A model generated the notes under the pieces. The model was not told the origin of the DNA and did not search any database. It saw only the letters and a program-made list of their open reading frames with translations. A stretch of 64,000 bases of DNA from Opitutia bacterium. GTDB taxonomy: Bacteria; Verrucomicrobiota; Verrucomicrobiia; Opitutales; UBA953. The position numbers and the translations under genes are program-made. The stretch is taken from contig JBKDBK010000002.1 in NCBI GenBank assembly GCA_046315175.1, positions 4,388-68,387 of the forward strand. The letters are read 5' to 3'. Each line of letters starts with the position of its first letter. Within the stretch, counting starts at the first letter, position 1. This document shows, one piece after another, positions 19,304-29,564 of this stretch.

Positions 19304-19861
19304 ATGAACCCGTTTCAGGCCCCCCTGACCCCTCCGGACGACCTCCGGGCGCGCCTGGACCGCAACCTGGCCAAGGGGCCGGATCTCCATCCCTCAGCCT
19401 TTGTCCACCCCCGCGCCGTGGTGGAGGGGGCGGTGACCGTCGGGGCGAAGTCCAGCATCTGGCCCTGCGCGGTCCTGCGGGGGGACATTGAGCCGATCTC
19501 GGTCGGGCAGGGCACCAACATCCAGGACGGGGCCGTCGTCCATGTGGCCGACGGGCTGCCCGCCCGCATCGGCGACCGCGTGACGGTCGGGCACCTGGCG
19601 ATGATCCACGCCTGCGAGGTCGGCGACGAGTGCCTCATCGGCATGCACGCCACCTTGCTCGACGGGTGCAAGGTGGGCGCCCGCTCGATTGTCGGCGCCG
19701 GCGCGCTGGTCACCAAGGGCACCGTCATTCCCCCGGGCTCGCTCGTCCTCGGCTCGCCCGCCAAGGTCGTCCGCGCCCTCTCCGCCGAGGAGCAGGCGGC
19801 GCTTCCCGGCTGGGCGGAGAAGTACATCGTCGTGGCCGAGCACCACGTGCGGTGGCGCTGA
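19304..19861 (+). CDS. gamma-carbonic anhydrase family protein (left-handed beta-helix)
   Basis: Hexapeptide repeats and the motif SIWPCAVLRGDIEPISVGQGTNIQDGAVVH. Confidence 0.9.
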   Translation: MNPFQAPLTPPDDLRARLDRNLAKGPDLHPSAFVHPRAVVEGAVTVGAKSSIWPCAVLRGDIEPISVGQGTNIQDGAVVHVADGLPARIGDRVTVGHLAMIHACEVGDECLIGMHATLLDGCKVGARSIVGAGALVTKGTVIPPGSLVLGSPAKVVRALSAEEQAALPGWAEKYIVVAEHHVRWR

Positions 19862-20733
19862 TGGCCTCGTCGGCCGAGCTCGCGATTCCAAGGGCCTGCT
19901 GGGAGCGGCGCCGCGCCGCCCACCATGCGCGCGTCGACCGTCTCACCGCCGCCCGTCGCGCGCGCGCCGCGGCGGGCCTCGCCCATCCCGTCGAGGACTT
20001 CCTCTTCACCTACTATCCCTTCCGGATCGGCGCGCTGCGGCGCTGGTCGCCGGGCTGGGGCGCCGCGCTCGAGGGCGAGTCCGCGCCCGAGGGCGAGGGT
20101 TGGTGGTCCCGCGAGGGCGCCGTCCTGCGCGTCGCCGAGGCGGAGCGCGACGCGACCGCGCTCCGCCTCGCCCGCTTCATCCGCGACCTTTGCGCCGCCG
20201 TCGCCGCCCGCCCCGCCTTCCACGGCTGCTTCGGCCTGCACGAGTGGGCGATGGTCTACCGCTCGGCCGAGGCCCGCCGCCATGCCGCCTGGCCCCTGCG
20301 CCTCGGCGCCGAGGGGACCGACGCCGTGGTGGAGTCGATGCCCGTGCGCTGCGGCCACTTCGACGCCTTCCGGTTCTTCACCCCGGAGGCCCGGCCCCTC
20401 AACCGACTCCAGCCCGACCTCGCCGGTCGGCTCGCCAACGAGCAGCCCGGCTGCATCCACGTGAACATGGACCTCTACAAGTGGGCCATGAAGCTGAGGC
20501 AGCTGGTCCCCTCCGAGCTGGCCGCCGACGCCTTCGACCTCGCCCTGCGGGCGCGCGAGACCGACATGCGCGCGAGCCCCTACGACCTGCGCGCCCTCGG
20601 CCTCGAGCCCATCCGCGTCGAGACGCCCGAGGGCCGCGCCGACTACGAGGCGACCCAGCGCGCCCTGGCCGAGGCCGCCGCGCCGATTCGCGCGCGGCTC
20701 CTCGCGGCGTGCGACCTCATCCTGGGGGCCTGA
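19861..20733 (+). CDS. conserved hypothetical protein (family often auto-annotated as 3-methyladenine DNA glycosylase)
   Basis: ATG shares 1 nt with the upstream stop (TGATG). Motifs VEDFLFTYYPFR and GLHEWAMVYR recalled from that family. Function is not established. Confidence 0.55.
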   Translation: MASSAELAIPRACWERRRAAHHARVDRLTAARRARAAAGLAHPVEDFLFTYYPFRIGALRRWSPGWGAALEGESAPEGEGWWSREGAVLRVAEAERDATALRLARFIRDLCAAVAARPAFHGCFGLHEWAMVYRSAEARRHAAWPLRLGAEGTDAVVESMPVRCGHFDAFRFFTPEARPLNRLQPDLAGRLANEQPGCIHVNMDLYKWAMKLRQLVPSELAADAFDLALRARETDMRASPYDLRALGLEPIRVETPEGRADYEATQRALAEAAAPIRARLLAACDLILGA

Positions 20734-20739
20734 GCCCGC

Positions 20740-21369
20740 TCAGGGCAGGCGCCGCACCTTGATGTCGCGGTAGTCGATCTTGCACCCCGGGTCGTGCGCC
20801 TGCAGCGCGAAGGTGCCGGAGCCGAGCCGCCGGCCTTCCATGCCCGCGGGCGGCTTCCAGCCCTCGGGTTCCGTGAAGTCGGTCGTGGGCTTGCCGTTGA
20901 TCCAGACGCGGATGCGCCTGCCCTCGACCCGGATGCGGTACTCGAACCACTCGCCGTCCGGCGCGGGCGGCGTGTCCATCACGTCGGCCACCGCGTAGAG
21001 GCCTCCGGTCTTGCGCCGGTCCTGGTGGCTGGCGTTGACCTGCGCCTCGTAGCCGGCCGAGGGCCAGCCGCTTTCCTGGTAGCGGGTGTGGAAGTAGATG
21101 CCTGAGTTGCCCTTGGGGTGGGTGCGGACCTGGGCCGTCAGCTCGAAGTTGCGGAACTCCGCCTTGCCGTCGGGCCCCACGTAGAAGAGGTGGCCGCGTC
21201 CGCCGCGGATCTCGAGCACACCGTCGGCAACCCGGAACGACCCCTTGTCGTCGCCCGAGGCCTTCCAGCCGGCGAGTGACTTGCCGTCGAAAAGGACCTG
21301 GGGTTCGGGATCCTCGGCGGCGAGCAGCGGGACGGCGAGGAGGGCGAGGAGGGCTGTGGGGCGCAGCAT
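20740..21369 (-). CDS. DUF1080 (3-keto-disaccharide hydrolase-like) domain protein, secreted
   Basis: Signal peptide. LFDGKSLAGWK ... NSGIYFH ... ALQAHDPGCKIDYRDIKV is typical of DUF1080. Confidence 0.85.
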   Translation of the reverse strand: MLRPTALLALLAVPLLAAEDPEPQVLFDGKSLAGWKASGDDKGSFRVADGVLEIRGGRGHLFYVGPDGKAEFRNFELTAQVRTHPKGNSGIYFHTRYQESGWPSAGYEAQVNASHQDRRKTGGLYAVADVMDTPPAPDGEWFEYRIRVEGRRIRVWINGKPTTDFTEPEGWKPPAGMEGRRLGSGTFALQAHDPGCKIDYRDIKVRRLP

Positions 21370-21373
21370 TCGG

Positions 21374-22876
<1,503 letters not shown>

Positions 22877-22987
22877 GCCTGTTAGTCAGCATTTTGGATG
22901 CCTAAAGGACGACAATGCCGATTTTGCACAAAAACAGACATTAACAACTCTCGTGAAAGATTGTCTCTTCGATAGCACTGGGTTTAA

Positions 22988-23632
22988 ATGCGTAAAATGT
23001 CTAATTTTAGGCGATTTTTCCTGCACGGCGCCTTTGCGGTACTTGGGTTCGGAGCCGGCCTCCTGGCTATTTCCAACCTTTGGATCAACGCCGCGGGCTC
23101 CGACAGGTTTCTCTCCGATCCCGGACAAGCACCGGAGGGCGCGGTCGGCATCGTGCTCGGCATATCCGAGTTCTACCCCGACAGCGGTGCGCCAACCGAG
23201 GTCTACCACTCGAGGCTCGATGCGGCGGCTCGCCTCGCCTCGGGAGGGCGCCTGTCGGCCCTGGTCGTCTCCGGCACGCCGGAGCAGTCCGAGACCATGC
23301 GCGCCGAACTCCTGCGCCGCGGCGTCACCCTTCCCATTCACCGCGATCCCCACGGTCTCCGCACCTTGGATTCCGTCGCCAGGGCCGTGGCTCACTTTCC
23401 CGGCCAGCCGCTGGTCTTTGTCTCCCAGGAATGGCATGTGCGGCGGGCGCTCTGGCAGGCGGAGCGGATGGGCTGCCCCTCGCTGGGATTCGCCGCGCCC
23501 GAGGGCGAGGGCCTGCGCGCCCGGGTGGGCGGCCCGGCGCGCGATGTGCTCGCCAAGGCCAAGGCGGTGATCGACTGGATCGGCGGCTTCCGGCTCTCGA
23601 CCGACGTGCCCCCGGGCTCGGGCAACCGCTGA
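22988..23632 (+). CDS. SanA/YdcF (DUF218) family protein
   Basis: N-terminal TM helix followed by a DUF218 core (VVSGTPEQSETMRAELLRRGV...VFVSQEWHVRRA). Confidence 0.8.
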   Translation: MRKMSNFRRFFLHGAFAVLGFGAGLLAISNLWINAAGSDRFLSDPGQAPEGAVGIVLGISEFYPDSGAPTEVYHSRLDAAARLASGGRLSALVVSGTPEQSETMRAELLRRGVTLPIHRDPHGLRTLDSVARAVAHFPGQPLVFVSQEWHVRRALWQAERMGCPSLGFAAPEGEGLRARVGGPARDVLAKAKAVIDWIGGFRLSTDVPPGSGNR

Positions 23633-23634
23633 GA

Positions 23635-24720
23635 TCAGGCCTTCTCGTGCCTGCCGTCGAGGCGTCGGCGCAGCCGTCCCTCGAGCTCCATCAGGGTCAG
23701 GCCGGCCGCCGCCTCGTCGGCCCCGCAGCCGGCCGCCGCCGCCAGCGTCTCCGCATCATGGACACAGCCGCCGGCGAAGTGGCGCATCAGCTCCGGCTCG
23801 GGCTCGTCGCGCTTGCCGCCGGAGGCGCGGCTTGTCGCCACGGGGGACTCGCCCAGCTCCTCCAGGATCTGGTCCGCGCCGGTGACCAGCGTGGCGCCGT
23901 CGCGGATCAAGGCGTGGCAACCCCGGCTGGCCGGGCTGTCCGCCCGGCCCGGCACCGCGCAGAGCGTGCGGCCCAGCTCGCCCGCGAAGCGCGCGGTTAT
24001 CTGGCTTCCGCCGCCCAGGTCGGTCTCCACGACCACGACCGCGCGGCTCAGCCCGGCGACCAGCCGGTTGCGCTGGGGGAAGCTTTGCCGGTCCGGCGGG
24101 CGTCCCAGCGGGAATTCCGAAAGCACCGCGCCCGTCTCGGCGATCCGGCGCCGCAGCGCCCGCGCCTCCCGCGGGTGCGTCTGGTCGAGGCCGTGGCCCA
24201 GGACCGCGGCGGTCCGGCCGCCGCCCTCCAACGCGCCCTCGTGCGCCGCGCGGTCGATGCCCAGCGCCAGGCCGCTCACCACCCACCAGCCCGCCCGCGC
24301 GAGGTCCGCCGCGATCGCGCGCGCCATGCCCTCGCCATAGGGCGTGCAGCGCCGGGTGCCGACGACGGCCACGGCGCGCCGGCAGGGCGCGGAGGGTCCC
24401 TCCGCATAGAGGGCGAGGGGCGGATCCCACAGCTCGTCCAGCGCCTCGGGCCATCCTGGCTGCCCGGCCGTCAGGATGCGCAGGCCGAGCCGCGCGGCGC
24501 GCTCGCGCTCGCCCCGCCAGTCAAAGCGCGCCGCGCCGAGGGTGTCCGCCGCCGCCGGCCCGATTCCCCTCACGGCGAGCAGCTCCTCGCGCGTGGCGCG
24601 CAGCGCGCGGCCGAGGTCGCCGCCAAAGGCCTCGGCCAGGCGACGGGCCGCCACCGGCCCTATCCCGGGCAGGGCGTTGAGGAGGAGGCGTTGGTCGTCG
24701 GGGTGCTCGGGCAGGCTCAT
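23635..24720 (-). CDS. dprA: DNA-processing protein DprA
   Basis: HhH (LPGIGPVAARRL) plus the Rossmann core VAVVGTRRCTPYG...VVSGLALGIDRAAHEGAL. ATG 24720 overlaps the nnr stop (ATGA). Confidence 0.9.
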   Translation of the reverse strand: MSLPEHPDDQRLLLNALPGIGPVAARRLAEAFGGDLGRALRATREELLAVRGIGPAAADTLGAARFDWRGERERAARLGLRILTAGQPGWPEALDELWDPPLALYAEGPSAPCRRAVAVVGTRRCTPYGEGMARAIAADLARAGWWVVSGLALGIDRAAHEGALEGGGRTAAVLGHGLDQTHPREARALRRRIAETGAVLSEFPLGRPPDRQSFPQRNRLVAGLSRAVVVVETDLGGGSQITARFAGELGRTLCAVPGRADSPASRGCHALIRDGATLVTGADQILEELGESPVATSRASGGKRDEPEPELMRHFAGGCVHDAETLAAAAGCGADEAAAGLTLMELEGRLRRRLDGRHEKA

Positions 24721-26207
24721 GCCGGAGCCGAGCCCGGGCCGCCGGTTCGGCGCAAGGCAGGCAAAAGCCCATCGAGCAGCTGGGTGGTTCGCACCACGGT
24801 TTCCCCCCGCTCGCTTGCCACCTCGTCGGCCGCGGCGCCATGCCAGGCCGCGGCGGCCGTCACCGCGCCGAGCAGGTCGAGGCCGAGCGTCGCGCGCGCG
24901 GCGACCACCGCCGCCACCATGCCCGCCAGCAGGTCGCCGCTGCCGCCGCGGGCGAGCACGGGGCCGCCGTGGGGGATGTGGACGAGCCTTGTCCCGTCGG
25001 TCACGCAGGTCAGCGGACCCTTGAGCACGACGACGGAGCGAAGCCGCCGGGCCAGGCGCAAGGCCTCGGCCGGCGTGGCCGCGGCGCCGCCCAGGCGGAG
25101 GAATTCGCCGGCGTGCGGCAGCAGCACGCGGGCCTCGGCCTTGCCGGCGGCGCGGACGATTTCGGGGCGGAGCGCGTCCGCGTCGAGCACCGCGACGCCC
25201 CGCGCGGCTCGGGCGGCGGCTCGGGCCAGGCCCAGCCCGGAGCGTCCGAGCCCGCTGCCGACGAGCGTGGCGTCGGCGGTGGCGGCCAGCGCGCGCATCC
25301 GTCTCGGCGTCGCGCGGGCGCCCTGGGCCATCCACATCGCCTCGGGCAGCGCCAGCGTCGCCGACGCCTGCAGCGCCGCGGGCGCCACGACGCTCACCAG
25401 CCCGGCCCCGGCCTCGAGGCAGGCGCGCGCGTTCATCACCACCGCGCCCGGCATGCCCGCGGAGCCGCCGACGATGAGGACCCGGCCTTGGCGGCGCTTC
25501 TCGCTGCGCGCGTCGCGGGCGGCGGCCAGCGGCGCGAGGACCTCGGCCGTCGCCGAGCCTTCCGCCGCGCCCGGCAGCGGAAGCCCGAGGTCCGCCACGC
25601 GGATCCGCCCGGCCTTCGCCGCCACGCGGGCGCGGAGGAGAGGGCGCTTGAGGCAGCCGAGGGACACGGTCAGGTCCGCCCCGACGCAGGGGCCGTCGGT
25701 GTCGTCGCCGCTGCCGCTGGGCACGTCGACCGCGACCCGCAACCCCCGCAGTCGCCCGGCGGCTTGGATCAGCTTGCGCAGGGCGGGGGCGAGCGGGGCG
25801 CGGAAGCCCGAGCCGAGGATGCCGTCCAGCACGAGGTCGGCCCTCGGCTCAGTCCGCAGGGCCTCGCGCCAGCCCACGATGCGCGCGCCGCGTCGGCGCT
25901 TGGCCAGGCCGAGCGCGCGCGCGGGCAGGCCGGCCGCCACGCCGTCCTCCGCCAGGGCGACGGTGAGCTTGCCGGAGCGTCCCGCCAGGATGAGGCCGGC
26001 CAGCACCGCGTCGGCGCCGTTGCGACCCTTTCCCGCAAGGACGAGCACCGTCCTCGGATTCCGGCCGAGGGCGCGGCGCGCCTCCTCGGCGACCGCCGCG
26101 GCCGCCCGCCGCATCAGCGCCCAGTCCCGACCGGGATGGCGGCGCAGCCAGGAGCGCTCCGCCGCCGCCATCTCGGCGCAGCTCATCACGGGAAGCAGCC
26201 CGGCCAT
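24717..26207 (-). CDS. nnr: bifunctional NAD(P)H-hydrate epimerase / ADP-dependent dehydratase
   Basis: YjeF-N (VLAGKGRNGADA) and YjeF-C (VLIVGGSAGMPGAVVM...GGSGDLLAG) halves, about 496 aa. Confidence 0.9.
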   Translation of the reverse strand: MAGLLPVMSCAEMAAAERSWLRRHPGRDWALMRRAAAAVAEEARRALGRNPRTVLVLAGKGRNGADAVLAGLILAGRSGKLTVALAEDGVAAGLPARALGLAKRRRGARIVGWREALRTEPRADLVLDGILGSGFRAPLAPALRKLIQAAGRLRGLRVAVDVPSGSGDDTDGPCVGADLTVSLGCLKRPLLRARVAAKAGRIRVADLGLPLPGAAEGSATAEVLAPLAAARDARSEKRRQGRVLIVGGSAGMPGAVVMNARACLEAGAGLVSVVAPAALQASATLALPEAMWMAQGARATPRRMRALAATADATLVGSGLGRSGLGLARAAARAARGVAVLDADALRPEIVRAAGKAEARVLLPHAGEFLRLGGAAATPAEALRLARRLRSVVVLKGPLTCVTDGTRLVHIPHGGPVLARGGSGDLLAGMVAAVVAARATLGLDLLGAVTAAAAWHGAAADEVASERGETVVRTTQLLDGLLPALRRTGGPGSAPA

Positions 26208-26209
26208 GC

Positions 26210-26608
26210 TCAGGAGACGACGGCGGCGGTGGCGAGCGCCATCCCCCCGTCGTGGGAAAGCGAGACGAGGATGCGGCGCCCCCCGCGCGACCGGAGCGTC
26301 CGCTCCCCCAGCGCGTCCAGCCGCACCGAGGGCGCGCCCGTCGCGGGATCGGTCACGACCTCGACCGAGGTCAGCCCGAGCTCGGCCCCGATGCCGCAGC
26401 CGAGGGCCTTGCTGACGGCCTCCTTCGCCGCCCAGCGCGCGGCAAGGGAGGCGTCGGGATCGCCCCGCCCGAGGCAGTCCGCCTGCTCGGCGGCGGTGAA
26501 CACCTTGTCGAGGAAGGCCTGGCCGTGCCGCGCGCGCGCGGCGGCCAGCCGCGCCACCGCGCACAGGTCGGCGCCGATGCCGAGGAGGTTGGCGGCCCCG
26601 GTTTCCAT
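26210..26608 (-). CDS. acpS: holo-[acyl-carrier-protein] synthase
   Basis: GIGADLCAV...FTAAE...AARWAAKEAVSKALG...SLSHDG pattern. Confidence 0.9.
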   Translation of the reverse strand: METGAANLLGIGADLCAVARLAAARARHGQAFLDKVFTAAEQADCLGRGDPDASLAARWAAKEAVSKALGCGIGAELGLTSVEVVTDPATGAPSVRLDALGERTLRSRGGRRILVSLSHDGGMALATAAVVS

Positions 26609-26609
26609 C

Positions 26610-27356
26610 TCAGCCGAGGGCCGCGCGCATCTCGGCGACGGCCCCGCGCGCGCCGACCAGGAGCGAGCGGGCCACGATGCTGTGGCCGATGTTGAGCTCG
26701 TTGAGGAAGGGCAGGCCGCGGATGATGCGGGCGTTGCGGTAGTTGACGCCGTGACCCGCGTTGACGACCAGCCCGAGGGCGCGCGCCTGCCGCGCGGCCG
26801 ACTCCAGCCGGGCCAGCTCGGCCTCCGCGGCCGCGGAATCGACCCCGAAGGCCCGCGCCCAGCGGCCGGTGTGGAGCTCGATGACGGGCGCCCCCGCGGC
26901 CTTGGCGGCGTCGACCTGCGCCGGGACGGGGTCGATGAAGAGCGAGACCTCGATGCCCGCGGCGGCCAGCGCCGCGGTGGTCGCGCGGACGCGCGGCAGC
27001 TGGCCGGCCGCGTCCAGGCCGCCCTCCGTCGTCACTTCCTCGCGCGACTCCGGGACGAGGCAGGCGGCGGCCGGCCGCAGCCGCGCGGCCAGCTCCGCCA
27101 TCTCGCCCGTGCACGCCATCTCAAGGTTGAGCCGGCACCCGGGCAGGGCGAGCAGGACGGGGAGGTCGGAGTCCTGGAGGTGTCGGCGGTCCTCCCGCAG
27201 GTGGACGGTGATGCCGTCGGCGCCGCCGGCGAGCGCCTCGGCCGCGAAGGCGGCGAGGTCGGGCTCGGCGTGGGGCGAGAGATGCTCCCCGCGGTAGCGG
27301 GCCTGCCGGACCGTGGCCGCATGGTCCACGTTGACCCCCAGCCGGACGCGGCTCAT
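26610..27356 (-). CDS. pdxJ: pyridoxine 5'-phosphate synthase
   Basis: LGVNVDHAATVRQAR...ITVHLREDRRH...ELHTG...VNAGHGV. ATG 27356 overlaps the upstream stop (ATGA). Confidence 0.95.
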   Translation of the reverse strand: MSRVRLGVNVDHAATVRQARYRGEHLSPHAEPDLAAFAAEALAGGADGITVHLREDRRHLQDSDLPVLLALPGCRLNLEMACTGEMAELAARLRPAAACLVPESREEVTTEGGLDAAGQLPRVRATTAALAAAGIEVSLFIDPVPAQVDAAKAAGAPVIELHTGRWARAFGVDSAAAEAELARLESAARQARALGLVVNAGHGVNYRNARIIRGLPFLNELNIGHSIVARSLLVGARGAVAEMRAALG

Positions 27357-29506
27357 TGCTTCTTCAGCTTCTCGAGCTTGCGGGCGATCTCCTCTTGGTC
27401 GCGCTCCAGGCGGCGGAACCGCTCGACCTGGCCGACGCGCTCGTAGTACTCCTTCATCGCGCCGAGTAGGCCGGAGACGGTCTTCATCCGGAAGACGTCG
27501 CCGTCGCCCTCCAGCTTGCGCTTGTAGGTTCGCTCGAGGTCGTTGAGGAAGAAGGTTTCCCGCTCCTTGTCGCCCTTGACCGACAGGTAATAGCCCTCGA
27601 GGGCGGCCTTGAAGGTCGGCAGGTGCTCGGCGTGGTCGCGCATCACGTCGCGGTAGAGGTTGCGCACGCGGTCGGCGTGCTCGGGCCCCTTCGCCGTCCA
27701 GTGGGCCGCCTGCCGGTGAATCGCCTTCAGGATCAGGTCCATCCGGTCGGGGTGCTCCTTGGCGAGGCGGTAGTACTGCCCGCGCAGGGCGGTGATCGCC
27801 TCGTTGTCGGTCCAGGTCGGGGCGATGTGGCGCGCCTCCAGCTCGTCGGCGAGGAGACGCAGGTCGGGCCACTTGTCGAAGGCGGAGCGGATGCCCTTCA
27901 CCACCGACCTCCACGTGGCGAGGGATGTCTTGGCGTCCGTCTCCTCCAGCGCGGCCGCGTAGGCTTCCCAGGCCGGGAGGAAACGGTCGGCGGTGTCCAC
28001 CGCCTGGGCGAGGGTCTCGCGGCGCAGCTCATCCTCGGCGCGCTGCCCGTAGAACCCCGAGATGAGGAGGAGCCGGCGCGCGGCGGTGGCGGCGCCGGAG
28101 CGCCGCTGCTTGTCGCCGAGGAGCTCGACCATGAACTCCGGCACGGCCTTTCCCGTCTGGGGATCGCCGGTCATGCCGCAGGAGTAGCCGTCGCTGTAGC
28201 GTCCGGTGTCCATGTTCCACTCGCCGCGGTCGGAAAGGTAGGCGAACCAGGCGTGGCCGCCGCGGTTGCCCTCGCCTGTCACGTAGGCCGCCGGGATGCC
28301 GACGGCGCGCGCGGTGCTGGTGGCGAAGTGGCCTTGGTGCATGCAGATGCCGCCGCACTTGAGGATGTCGGCCAGCGAGCCGTCGGTGTAGTCGGGCCCC
28401 ATCGGCTTGCCGCCCGTGACGAAGTCCATCCGGTACTTGATCATGCCGTAGGTCGAGCCCCAGCCCTCCTGCTTCAGCCGGCGGAACTCCCTCAGCGCCC
28501 AGTCCATCTCCTCCTCGGAGACGTCGGCGGCGACGACCCAGACCAGCTCCTCGGGCGAGAGCTGGGTGAGCCGCGTCTCGAGCCGGTTGGCCTGGTCGTG
28601 ATCGCGATACCAGCGGTAGCGGCGAAGGGGGTCGATGGGGTTGGCCTCGCGCACCAGGCGCCGCCAATGCATCGGTCGGTCGTAGACCACGGCCATGGCG
28701 ACCTGCAGGTTGAGGTTGCGCCAGCGGAATTCGGGGCGGTCGTCTTCCCAGAGCCTGGCCCAGGTGCGCAGGCCGGCCGCGACGTCGTCCTGCGGCTTGA
28801 CCGTGGCGAGCCACGCCTCGAGCGCCTCGGGGCGGGCGGTCAGCTCGCGGAGGAAGTCGGCCGCGGGCTCGTTGTCGCGCGTCAGCTCGCGGAGCTTGTC
28901 CGGCCCGGCGCGCCGGATGAACGCGGCCTGCATGGCGCCGAGGGTGAAGTAGGGGCTTTGCCATAGCCGGTCGTAGCGCTTGGCGCCGCTCGACCGGGTG
29001 GTCGCCTTGAGGGCGGGCACGAGGCCGCGCTCGAGGCGGGAGGCGTGGACTTCCCAGCGGCCGTCGGCGACGCGCGCGGCGGTGTCGGCCAGCAGCTTTT
29101 CCCGCGTCGCCCGGTCGGTCAGGGCGGGGCCGATGAACGAGTAGGCGGTGTCATCCTCCGATGTCTCGGTGTAGGCCGGTCCCGAGTCCTTGGGCTTGGA
29201 CTCGGCCACCACCGCGGGCTTGGCCTCGGGTGCGGCCGGCTTGGCCGGCTCCGGCGCGACGGCGACCGGTGCGGCAGGCTCGGGCTCCCGGCCGAGCAGG
29301 TCGTCGACCAAGCTGTAGGTGCGACCCTCGGTCTTGGCCTCGTTGACGCGTTCCTGATACTCATCCCAGGCCAGGAAGCCCACGATCGCGACCAAGGGGA
29401 TGAGCAGCAGCGAGGCATAGCCGTCGGCGGAGCCTCCCTCCTTGGGGGCCTGCGGCGGCCGGTAAGGCTGAGGACGGCGCGGCGGGATGCGGCGGGGTGT
29501 GGACAT
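27353..29506 (-). CDS. membrane-anchored transglutaminase-like domain protein
   Basis: N-terminal TM helix, then a Pro/Ala-rich linker. Papain-like transglutaminase core CGGICMHQGHFATSTARAVGIPAAYVTGEGNRGGHAWFAY, followed by a long helical C-terminal region. Confidence 0.75.
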   Translation of the reverse strand: MSTPRRIPPRRPQPYRPPQAPKEGGSADGYASLLLIPLVAIVGFLAWDEYQERVNEAKTEGRTYSLVDDLLGREPEPAAPVAVAPEPAKPAAPEAKPAVVAESKPKDSGPAYTETSEDDTAYSFIGPALTDRATREKLLADTAARVADGRWEVHASRLERGLVPALKATTRSSGAKRYDRLWQSPYFTLGAMQAAFIRRAGPDKLRELTRDNEPAADFLRELTARPEALEAWLATVKPQDDVAAGLRTWARLWEDDRPEFRWRNLNLQVAMAVVYDRPMHWRRLVREANPIDPLRRYRWYRDHDQANRLETRLTQLSPEELVWVVAADVSEEEMDWALREFRRLKQEGWGSTYGMIKYRMDFVTGGKPMGPDYTDGSLADILKCGGICMHQGHFATSTARAVGIPAAYVTGEGNRGGHAWFAYLSDRGEWNMDTGRYSDGYSCGMTGDPQTGKAVPEFMVELLGDKQRRSGAATAARRLLLISGFYGQRAEDELRRETLAQAVDTADRFLPAWEAYAAALEETDAKTSLATWRSVVKGIRSAFDKWPDLRLLADELEARHIAPTWTDNEAITALRGQYYRLAKEHPDRMDLILKAIHRQAAHWTAKGPEHADRVRNLYRDVMRDHAEHLPTFKAALEGYYLSVKGDKERETFFLNDLERTYKRKLEGDGDVFRMKTVSGLLGAMKEYYERVGQVERFRRLERDQEEIARKLEKLKKQ

Positions 29507-29564
29507 GTCGGGCGAGGGTGTGGCGTTCCTCCTGGGCTAGGCGGCGGGTGGAGGTTGTCGGGCT

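Noticed and set aside
22877-22987. The AT-rich divergent intergenic region between the NtrC-type regulator and the sanA-like gene, examined for sigma-54 or sigma-70 promoter boxes and an operator (gacaat...attgtc).
   Set aside because: I found no GG-N10-GC spacing and no convincing -35/-10 pair. The 6-nt inverted repeat is too short to be meaningful. It probably holds promoters, but none that I can support.
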